A DNA stretch of 32,000 nt from Hyperthermus butylicus DSM 5456. GTDB taxonomy: Archaea; Thermoproteota; Thermoprotei_A; Sulfolobales; Pyrodictiaceae. The translations under genes and the position numbers were made by a program. Below are positions 7,727 to 15,263 of the stretch, piece after piece. Every line of letters begins with the position of its first letter. Position 1 is the first letter of the stretch. The stretch is from positions 1,380,001-1,412,000 of the forward strand of contig NC_008818.1 in assembly GCF_000015145.1 (NCBI RefSeq). Reading direction: 5' to 3'. The notes below the pieces were generated by a model. That model made no database searches and was not told where the DNA came from. It saw only the letters and a program-made list of their open reading frames with translations.

Positions 7727-9244
7727 ATGCAGCTGGCCCGCTACGTGGCGGCTATGGTGTTGTTGGAGTTCATTGTCGGCCACGTGGTTCTTGCCGGTGT
7801 TGTGGAGGGTTTGTTGGCTAGGGACTTCTATAGGCTTGTTGTAGTGTTTAGAGAGCCTCTGGACGGTGATGCATGGAGTGTCTATGTGGCGTTTAGTGGG
7901 CCGGGGGCAGGTGTGAATTGTAGCGGGCAGCTGCGCCCTAACCTGTACTACCTGCAGACCAAGACTATCTCCCGCGGCTTGGTGGTGGCACCACTCTACT
8001 ATGTTCTCAGCAGCATCTGTCCCAGGGTGCTCTCGGAGTTACAGCTCCTAGCTGGAAGTCGTGGCGATGAGCTGCTGGTTGTCGAGCTGGAAGCCCCCCA
8101 GGGCTACTCTGTTAGGAGTGGCATGGACTGGCGCGGGTTCGGCAAAGCTGGCGGTCCCTACACTCTCCCGCTCAGCGCTTTTGTGAGATACTACGTGTTT
8201 GACGGCGTTGTAGTTGCTGGTGAGGAGTATCGGGTGGTTGACGACTCGGCGCTAAACCTTACGGTGGTGGCTCTGCAGGCCTCGAAGGAGACTGTTGAGT
8301 ATACAGTGGAGAGTCTTGTGGCTGTGCGGGATGCGGTTGCAGAGTGGCTTGGCCCTAGCCCCCGCTCGCCGGTTGTACTCGTAGTTGCCGGGCCGGGAGA
8401 GCACCAGTACCTGCCGCCCGGCACCGCCCACAGCATGGGGGGTGTGGTCTACGTCAAGCTGGGTGTGGTGGAGAACCTCCCATGGCTCGTCCACACGGTG
8501 GCACACGAGGCTCTCCACGGTTGGTTCAACCACGGCATGCTCTACGGCGATTTCAGCTTCCAGGAGGCGGCGGCAGAGTTCCTAGCGGTGAAGGCCCTGC
8601 ACGACCAGAGGCCGAGCCTCTACGAGCTTGCAGCTAGCTACCTCGAGTACATGCTGGCAGTGGACGAGCAGTATGCTGTGTGGATGCGTGTCAACGCTGC
8701 GCTATGGCATGCAGGGCTGAGAGCCTGCGGGGAGGACTTGTACATGTACGCGGTCCGGGAACTGTACAATAGGGTTATCACGGATGGGTTCTCGGGGCCC
8801 GTAAGCCTGCTAGACGTGGCCTCGCTAATGGTCGAGAAGGCGTCCACACAGTGCAGGGAGGCCCTAGAAGCGATGATAGGCTGGGTACTCCTAGCACCTA
8901 GGAGTGGGACTAGCGAGTGGCCATACATAGACACCGGCAGCTACAATGCCGGGGCTGGAACATCAGCCATAGACAGCCTTGGTACGCATGTAGAGCCGGT
9001 GGTCCCCTACAACGCCACCCTGCCGGGGATGGAGCAGTCCGAAGCTGGTAGTGGAGAGAGCGGGGCAGCCCAGAGCCAAACGGGGGCACGGGCTCTACAT
9101 CCCGCGGGCCAGCCGGAGCCTACTCCAGGCGCATGTGGGGGATCCGGGAGCCCTACCTACTGGCTAGTGGTTGGCTTCGTGGCAGGGCTGGGGGTAGCCT
9201 CCCTGGCCTGGATTGCTGCTAGGCGGCGTAGGGGGAGGAGCTAG
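7727..9244 (+). CDS. Membrane-anchored extracytoplasmic protein with a gluzincin-like HExxH motif (putative zinc metallopeptidase)
   Basis: 505-aa ORF with a hydrophobic N-terminal signal/anchor (VAAMVLLEFIVGHVVLAGVV). VHTVAHEALHGWFNHGMLYGDFSFQEAAAEFLA resembles the M1/MA-clan HExxH(Q/G)WF...E arrangement. The C-terminus is a Gly/Ser/Pro/Ala-rich linker, a TM helix (YWLVVGFVAGLGVASLAWIAA) and RRRRGRS. Confidence 0.55.
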   Translation: MQLARYVAAMVLLEFIVGHVVLAGVVEGLLARDFYRLVVVFREPLDGDAWSVYVAFSGPGAGVNCSGQLRPNLYYLQTKTISRGLVVAPLYYVLSSICPRVLSELQLLAGSRGDELLVVELEAPQGYSVRSGMDWRGFGKAGGPYTLPLSAFVRYYVFDGVVVAGEEYRVVDDSALNLTVVALQASKETVEYTVESLVAVRDAVAEWLGPSPRSPVVLVVAGPGEHQYLPPGTAHSMGGVVYVKLGVVENLPWLVHTVAHEALHGWFNHGMLYGDFSFQEAAAEFLAVKALHDQRPSLYELAASYLEYMLAVDEQYAVWMRVNAALWHAGLRACGEDLYMYAVRELYNRVITDGFSGPVSLLDVASLMVEKASTQCREALEAMIGWVLLAPRSGTSEWPYIDTGSYNAGAGTSAIDSLGTHVEPVVPYNATLPGMEQSEAGSGESGAAQSQTGARALHPAGQPEPTPGACGGSGSPTYWLVVGFVAGLGVASLAWIAARRRRGRS

Positions 9245-9419
9245 GCGCGACTATGAACAGGATTATCCTCTTGGGTCTGCGGCGGGACTGACTGGCTGAA
9301 GAGGGGAACTTTTTCGGGCTAGTGTTTAATACTCAACAGCTACTGCCACTACCTCGTCATGGCGAAAGTGTAGTGTTAGCAAGTAACAGACCATTGTTGA
9401 CTCCTTGGAGGTGCCTAGC

Positions 9420-10106
9420 ATGTGCCAGTACTCCCGTGCAGAGTGGAGCCTGGCAGCTTTAGCCCTAGCCGCGGTGGTAACACCCCTACTCTACGCTGCA
9501 ACGGCGAGCGCCCAGGACGCCACGCAGCTCTATCCGTGTACCACTTGCCACAATGTCCTAAACCTAACCGGCGACAGGAAGGCAGTGCCATTCCACGGGA
9601 TAGACCTTACCGTGGGGGCACACCGTGGGCTCTACTGCTCCAACTGCCACGTCGCGCCTGTGATGCAGGAGCTTGTTAATGGTGCCGAGGTCTACATTCC
9701 AGGGTTGCACACAATGGAAGAGCTCATGGAGACCAATAAGGTGTGCGCCGTATGCCATCCACGAGAGTTTGCGGACTACCAGTACTTGGTGCATGGTAAC
9801 AAGACCTATGTCTGCCCAGGCGGCAACGTGACGAAGGTTATAGGTTACAAGGGCGTGACCTACGACTTCCACATCTGCAGCGATTACCGAAACCTAGAGA
9901 CGGTACCCGCCAGGGCCTGCGTGGAATGCCACAACCCTCATACACCAACCATGCCACCGGTCAGTATCCTGCCGGTACCCTCTGAGAGGCCAGCACCACC
10001 CGACGAGTCAAGCATTGCATACGGTACAGCAGCTGCTGTTATAGGCGGGCTAATTCTCGCCATAGGCGCCCTCATCCTCCCCCTAGGTCACACGCGTAGC
10101 CGGTAA
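9420..10106 (+). CDS. Tetrahaem c-type cytochrome, signal peptide plus C-terminal TM anchor
   Basis: Four CxxCH motifs (CTTCH, CSNCH, CAVCH, CVECH). The start is placed at ATG 9420, with GGAGGTG 7 nt upstream; the track start is TTG 9405. Signal peptide WSLAALALAAVVTPLLYAATASA|QD. The C-terminus is AAAVIGGLILAIGALILPLG followed by HTRSR. Confidence 0.85.
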   Translation: MCQYSRAEWSLAALALAAVVTPLLYAATASAQDATQLYPCTTCHNVLNLTGDRKAVPFHGIDLTVGAHRGLYCSNCHVAPVMQELVNGAEVYIPGLHTMEELMETNKVCAVCHPREFADYQYLVHGNKTYVCPGGNVTKVIGYKGVTYDFHICSDYRNLETVPARACVECHNPHTPTMPPVSILPVPSERPAPPDESSIAYGTAAAVIGGLILAIGALILPLGHTRSR

Positions 10107-10125
10107 AGCTGGGGTGGAGGCCGGG

Positions 10126-11194
10126 ATGGTGGAGAGGAGCAGCCCAGGAAAAAACAGTACCCAGGTTGATCGGTCTAGGAGGGAATTCCTCAAGGCAGCT
10201 ACTGTTGCAGCTAGCGTCTCGGCAATCTCCTTCCTAGCTGTGAACCGGGACGAGCTGGATAGAGTCCTGGTGCCGGTTAAGCTTGGGGACCTCCTAGCTG
10301 AGGCTGAAGAGGGCGAGAGCGAACTCGAGCGCAGGGCTAGGAGGAAGGAGGAGGAGCTGAGGAAGTGGTGCCAGGCGGAGGCCGAGAAGATATGTGGCGA
10401 GTACGGTGAGGACTCTGACGCTTGTAGGGAGGCTAGGAAGCGCTGCGAGATGATAAGGGTTAAGGCTACGGGGCCCCGGAAGGGAGCCCGCTACGCCATG
10501 GCCCTTGACATTAACAAGTGTATAGGGTGCCGCCGCTGCGCCTACGCTTGTGTCATGGAGAACAATCAGGCGAGAAACCTGGGGATAGAGTGGATCAGAG
10601 TACTAGAGCTGCCCAGGGAGGGGGAGCTAGAGCTACTTCACGCCGACATGTACTACGCCGAGGCCCCCAAGGAAGGACAAGGTCTACGTGCCAGTAGCAT
10701 GTATGCACTGCGAGAACCCGCCGTGTGTCATGGTTTGCCCGGTTAGGGCTACCTGGAAGGAGCCCGATGGCATTGTAGTGATTGACTATGACCGCTGCAT
10801 AGGCTGTAGATACTGTATAACAGCATGTCCCTACGGTGCACGCCGCTTCAACTGGGCCAAGCCCTATGTGCCAGTGACAGAGCTAAACCCCAACATGCAC
10901 ATACTCGGCAACGTGCCACGCCAGATACACGTCGTGGAGAAGTGTACCTGGTGCATACAGCGCACCCGCGATGGCGGCGTACCGGCGTGCGTCGAGGTCT
11001 GCCCTGTTGGTGCGAGAGTCTTCGGAGACCTCAACGACCCTGAGAGTCCGATACGCCGCGTCCTAAGAGAGTACGGTGGCTTCGTATTGAAGCCCGAGGC
11101 TGGCACCAAGCCCAGATTCTTCTACTTCTTTGGCCCCAAGCGTACACCTCCACGCGAATCCACGGAGACAAGGGCAGCTCAGGGACAAGGGTAG
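10126..11194 (+). pseudogene. Tat-exported 4x[4Fe-4S] ferredoxin-type subunit (NrfC/PsrB/ActB2-like), interrupted by a +1 frameshift at a C5 run (10664-10668)
   Basis: The first frame (to 10746) carries the twin-arginine signal SRREFLKAATVAAS and cluster motif CIGCRRCAYAC. The second frame, open from 10631, carries CMHCENPPCVMVCP, CIGCRYCITACP and CTWC..ACVEVCP. Deleting one C from GAGGCCCCCAAGG restores a continuous ...YYAEAPRKDKVYVPVACMHCENPPC... The start could be GTG 10114 or ATG 10126, the latter with GGAGG upstream. Confidence 0.75.
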
Positions 11195-11218
11195 ACCTCT
11201 CCGAGGGGGTGTGCCTGG

Positions 11219-12475
11219 ATGACGCGTAGCGGTGGCTTCCTAGACACGATAAAGTACGTTATCCGGGAGGCGCTACTAACTGGTAGCCCACGCTACTACA
11301 TGGCATTCTTGGGCCTGCTGCTGGTAGCAGCGTACGGCATCTACCTCTGGATATTCGTCCAGCATGCCCCGATATTCCTCGGCAAGGATGAGGGAGGCCT
11401 AATACTCACCAACCTCAGCGACACTGTGCCATGGGGGATCTACATATCGTTCTTCGTGTTCTGGGTCGGAGTGGCAGCGGCAGGCATAATGTTCGGCATA
11501 GCAGCATACGTATTCGGGGACAAGGAGTTCAAGAAGGTAGCGGTACTCGGCGAGGTACAGGCGGTAGCAGCAATAATAACCGTGCTGACACTAATCATGG
11601 TCGATGTCGGTAGGCCGTTCCGCGCGCTAATACTGCTACCGCAGCTGCCAAACCTAAAGTCGATGCTAGACTGGGACTTCATAGTGCTAACCACCTACCT
11701 AGCACTAAATCTGATAGGTGTGCTGGTAACAGTGCACTACTACCGCCAGGACAAGCCGCTACCCAAGAAGTTCATAGTGCCATTCATAATCATAGCGGCG
11801 CCCTTCGCGATAGGTATACACACTGTGACAGCATTCATATCGCAGGCACTAACAGCTAGGCCTATCTGGAACAGCCCACTACTCGCACCACGCTATGTTG
11901 CAACAGCATTCGCTAGTGGACCAGCCATACTGCTAATAGCACTATACCTCGCCGAGCGCTACATAGACGGTTTCAAGGTAGACTTCAGCGTCTACAAGAA
12001 GACTCTATACGTAATAGTAGGCTCGCTGATAGTAGGCCTATACTTCACCTTCAGCGAGATTCATGAGATATTCTGGTACACCACTGAGTCTATGAAGAAG
12101 GCGCAGGCTGAGGTGCTATTCTTTGGCTACCACGTGCCATACCTAGCGATACTAGTGTGGCTCTGGATAGGCCTAGGCATAGCGGCAGTAATCCTAGGCA
12201 TACTGCCACGGGTACACAATACGAAGAGGGGCATACTCTTAGTCTCGGCAATAACGGTGATAGCAGTGGTGGCAGAGAAGACGATGACGATAATCATACC
12301 AGGATACATACCAGGAAGCCTTGGCGAAATACGCCCATACTACCCGACACCGCTAGAGATAGGTATAACGATCGGCGTACACGCGCTAGGCATACTAGTC
12401 TACCTGCTACTCGCAAGGCCAGCGCTGAAAGCAGTGATAACCCACTACTACAAAGGCGGCAGTGTACACCACTAA
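11219..12475 (+). CDS. NrfD/PsrC/ActC-family polytopic membrane subunit (quinone/quinol-interacting)
   Basis: 418-aa highly hydrophobic ORF with about 10 predicted TM helices. The family-typical N-terminal block is ...TNLSDTVPWGIYISFFVFWVGVAAAGIMFG. It sits immediately downstream of the NrfC-like gene, which is the usual pairing. Confidence 0.85.
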   Translation: MTRSGGFLDTIKYVIREALLTGSPRYYMAFLGLLLVAAYGIYLWIFVQHAPIFLGKDEGGLILTNLSDTVPWGIYISFFVFWVGVAAAGIMFGIAAYVFGDKEFKKVAVLGEVQAVAAIITVLTLIMVDVGRPFRALILLPQLPNLKSMLDWDFIVLTTYLALNLIGVLVTVHYYRQDKPLPKKFIVPFIIIAAPFAIGIHTVTAFISQALTARPIWNSPLLAPRYVATAFASGPAILLIALYLAERYIDGFKVDFSVYKKTLYVIVGSLIVGLYFTFSEIHEIFWYTTESMKKAQAEVLFFGYHVPYLAILVWLWIGLGIAAVILGILPRVHNTKRGILLVSAITVIAVVAEKTMTIIIPGYIPGSLGEIRPYYPTPLEIGITIGVHALGILVYLLLARPALKAVITHYYKGGSVHH

Positions 12476-12643
12476 CAACAGCCATGAAGTGGAAAACCCT
12501 ACTCCCCTCACGGTGTTTCTAGATGTTTTCACACGCGTACAACGCCGCGATGAATACCGAAAACATACACATGGTGGGCTCTCGGGTAGAGTGTAGGGGA
12601 TTCCCCAAAGGGAGAGGCAGGCCAGGATGGGGGTGGGCACTGC

Positions 12644-13246
12644 ATGCGTGACCGCGCCTCGGCGCCTGTGTTACTTACAGCGGTACTCGTACTAGCACTA
12701 GCATCCATAGGTGCTGCCGCACTATCCGCGGAGGAGGCTGAGAAGCTATTCCAGTCGAGCGGTTGCACGGGCTGCCATAACGGTGTAGTAGCGCCAGACT
12801 TTCAGGGCACCATAGCAGTCATTAGGGAGTGGGCATCAAAATATGAGACCCTCGACGAGGCTGTGGCTGCAGAGGCTCCCAACTTTAAGATGTTTAATAA
12901 TGCTAAGAGCTGGGATGAGCTAATGAGCTCGATGCCGGGAATAACACCTGAGCTCAAGGATTACTTTGCAAGGGTTTTCGAGGAGGCAAAGACTGGAGCA
13001 GTACCAGTCCAGGAGCAGCCAGCAGGTGAAACCACCGAACAGCCAGTGCAGCCGACAACACCGGTGGTGACGCAACCAAAACCCAAGCCGGCGGTTAACG
13101 TCACGAAACTGCCAGAGGTATCGGCTCCAAACCCCTCAGCGCAGGCAGAATCACTAGTAAAGACAGGCCTACCGGCAGGCGTAGCAGTCCTCATAACAGC
13201 AATAGTAATCCTGGCAGCCTTCACAAAGAAGGCCAGGCAGCACTAA
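12644..13246 (+). CDS. Monohaem c-type cytochrome (class I-like) with a Pro/Thr-rich linker and a C-terminal TM anchor
   Basis: Signal peptide (VLLTAVLVLALASIGAAALSA). A single CTGCH lies near the mature N-terminus and a candidate distal Met is in MSSMPG. The linker is PVQEQPAGETTEQPVQPTTPVVTQPKPKP, followed by the TM helix GLPAGVAVLITAIVILAAF and KKARQH. Confidence 0.8.
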   Translation: MRDRASAPVLLTAVLVLALASIGAAALSAEEAEKLFQSSGCTGCHNGVVAPDFQGTIAVIREWASKYETLDEAVAAEAPNFKMFNNAKSWDELMSSMPGITPELKDYFARVFEEAKTGAVPVQEQPAGETTEQPVQPTTPVVTQPKPKPAVNVTKLPEVSAPNPSAQAESLVKTGLPAGVAVLITAIVILAAFTKKARQH

Positions 13247-13262
13247 CCCAGACCCCCCACTA

Positions 13263-13268
13263 TTTTTT
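13263..13268 (+). terminator. T6 tract, candidate terminator after the monohaem cytochrome gene
   Basis: CACTATTTTTTACAAC lies 17 nt after the stop at 13246, in the short convergent spacer. Confidence 0.4.
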
Positions 13269-13296
13269 ACAACAGCTCCAGACCGTGTGGGGGCTC

Positions 13297-15156
13297 CTAG
13301 GCTTTGTATATGTGGAGCCTTCTGTTGTCGATTTGTATCGTTGCCAGCTCCAGTACCTTGTCGGGATCGTTTTCTGCTGGGTAGTCTAGACTGATTATGG
13401 ATGCACCCAGGCCCTTCAAGGCTTCCAGCAGTTTTGCCACGGCTCTAGGTAGGAGGTATGCATATGCCGTGTCTGCCCGGCGCGGCCTGAACACGGCCAG
13501 GTCGGATACTACAGTGTGCGCCAGGGGGTTGTCTCTCAGCCTTCTATGGGCCTCTACTGCTAAGGTCTCGTCGAGCTCTAGGCAGATGGTGTGCATTCCC
13601 CGTTCCGCGGCCTTGGCTGCCACGGTGGCTGTGCCGCAGCCCGGCTCATAGTATATGGGCTGCCGGTTTCCGGCCCTAGCTGCAGCCATGGCTTCCACAA
13701 GGTCTAGTATCGTGTCCACGATATCGCTGCTTGTTGGAACGTAGGGCGAGAGGCTACCCGCAGCATCCATTATGGAGGCAAAGGCGTCGTAGAGTAGTTG
13801 TATTGTCCTACCAAGCTCTAGCTCGTCCAGTACAAGCTCATCTGATTCCATGGGGTCGGTGGGAAACCGCTCCTCCCCACCCTTGCGTGTCGGTGGCCTG
13901 TCTCTCGTCATCCCCCCACCCCCTGGCTGTTCCGTGTCTGCTAGCTTCCCTAAGAGCTTCTGGAGAGCACCTCCCTCTACTATGCGGCGTAGCTTGTTCT
14001 CGTGCACCCGGTAGGCTTTGCGGATCCAGCTGGGCTGGCCCTCCAGGCTCCCACTGCATGCTAGGCCTATGCCACAAGCCTTGTCCATAAACTCGGTCCA
14101 GGAGAGACTCTCGCCCCTCGCCGATGAGAGGTAGTGGTACTCGTGGAGCGTAGGCCGTACCGCCACCGGCCGCCGAAAACCGAGCCACTCTAGGCAGCAC
14201 GTCTTGCCAGGCTGGTACCAGCGTGTCAAGCCCGGAGCATCGGGGCGGAGCGTGTCCTTGCAGGCGGAGTATACCGCGCCATACCGGGCTGCTAGTGCTG
14301 CGAGCGCAGTGTGCATCTGGAGCCTCCATGGACTCGTGGGGTGGAGGAGGGGCTCCCGGCCAGGCTCCTCGCCGAGCTGGTAGGGCTCCCAGTTCCACCT
14401 CCTCCAGTCCATGCCTAGCAGTTTGTAGAGCCTCTCAAGGCCCTCCCTCGTCTCGCGCAGCGGCTCACCTATGACGCCCCGGGCGCCCCTCTCCAGGGCC
14501 TCCTCCGCCGCCCAGAGGTGCTCCTCCTCTAGGCCGGGTATGAGCGGCTGAACCCTCACCACCACTGGCACCCTGTGGCCCACGAGGTGCTCGAGCGCTT
14601 CCAGCCTCGCCTCAACTGGTGGGGCTCCAGGCTCGAGCAGTACCGCTACCCGGCTACTGTAGGGTATGGTGAGCTGCACGATGAGGAGGCCGTGATCAGC
14701 AAGGGCTAGGAGGAGAGACTCTAGCTCGGGGTCGCGGCGCGGATCCCCCTTTGTATTCAGCACTATTGGCACCTTGTGGCGGAGCGCGATACGCAGCAGC
14801 CTCTTAATCACAGGGTGGAAGGGCCCTCTAGGCGGCTGGAGCGGGTCGCTGAGCGTGGCGAGTCGGAAGAATGGCTTCGGCTCCCTTAGCCTCTGGGCAA
14901 GCTTCTCGAAGAGCTTTGGAAGCCAGGGCTTCGCCTGCGACTTGCCGTGGGGGCCACGGTACCAGCGAGCGTAGCAGTAGACGCAGCCATAGCTGCAGGT
15001 CGTGAAGGGTTCCAGACGCAGTATAGAGTAGCACAGCGAGGAGATATAGTTGCTAGGCTTGATTACAAACTCTAGCCACTCAACCACATCATACCAGCCC
15101 GGTATGAGAATAGCAGCACCATAGCTAATTAGGCTATAAGTCTGGCAACAAGTCAA
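13297..15156 (-). CDS. Fusion protein: SplB/COG1533-like radical SAM domain (N-terminal) plus class I SAM-dependent methyltransferase-like domain (C-terminal)
   Basis: 619-aa ORF. The N-terminal LRLEPFTTCSYGCVYCYARWY contains the CxxxCxxC radical SAM cluster motif in the context typical of the 'DNA repair photolyase' SplB-like group. The C-terminal ~170 aa has Rossmann motif I (IYYEPGCGTATVAAKAA) followed by an acidic beta-2 end (HTICLELDE). Confidence 0.75.
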   Translation of the reverse strand: MTCCQTYSLISYGAAILIPGWYDVVEWLEFVIKPSNYISSLCYSILRLEPFTTCSYGCVYCYARWYRGPHGKSQAKPWLPKLFEKLAQRLREPKPFFRLATLSDPLQPPRGPFHPVIKRLLRIALRHKVPIVLNTKGDPRRDPELESLLLALADHGLLIVQLTIPYSSRVAVLLEPGAPPVEARLEALEHLVGHRVPVVVRVQPLIPGLEEEHLWAAEEALERGARGVIGEPLRETREGLERLYKLLGMDWRRWNWEPYQLGEEPGREPLLHPTSPWRLQMHTALAALAARYGAVYSACKDTLRPDAPGLTRWYQPGKTCCLEWLGFRRPVAVRPTLHEYHYLSSARGESLSWTEFMDKACGIGLACSGSLEGQPSWIRKAYRVHENKLRRIVEGGALQKLLGKLADTEQPGGGGMTRDRPPTRKGGEERFPTDPMESDELVLDELELGRTIQLLYDAFASIMDAAGSLSPYVPTSSDIVDTILDLVEAMAAARAGNRQPIYYEPGCGTATVAAKAAERGMHTICLELDETLAVEAHRRLRDNPLAHTVVSDLAVFRPRRADTAYAYLLPRAVAKLLEALKGLGASIISLDYPAENDPDKVLELATIQIDNRRLHIYKA

Positions 15157-15263
15157 GCAGACGTTTCAGAAGCCATGTTACCGCGTCTAGTAGATGCTCC
15201 AAGGTTACTTGGGGCTACATACCGGTAGGTGTGTTGTAGCGCTAGTGGCTTGAAATAAGCTCT

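Noticed and set aside
10664-10668. Programmed +1 ribosomal frameshifting as the explanation for the split NrfC-like gene.
   Set aside because: The site lacks the usual hungry or stop codon in the 0-frame A site (it is AAG), and I could see no stimulatory structure. A homopolymer indel, either an error or a mutation, is the more economical explanation. It is kept as a testable alternative in the finding.
11431-12768. Alternate-frame ORFs over the NrfD-like gene and the spacer after it (for example 12157-12522 plus strand, 12407-12640 minus strand, 12529-12768 minus strand).
   Set aside because: They are nested in or antisense to well-supported genes, and their products have no motifs and an implausible Arg/Ser/Thr-rich composition.
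13838-14398. A 186-aa minus-strand ORF in a second frame of the radical SAM fusion gene, and plus-strand ORFs at 13397-14474.
   Set aside because: They lie inside the 619-aa CDS, whose frame carries the radical SAM and methyltransferase motifs. The alternative products are Pro/Arg/Gly-rich.
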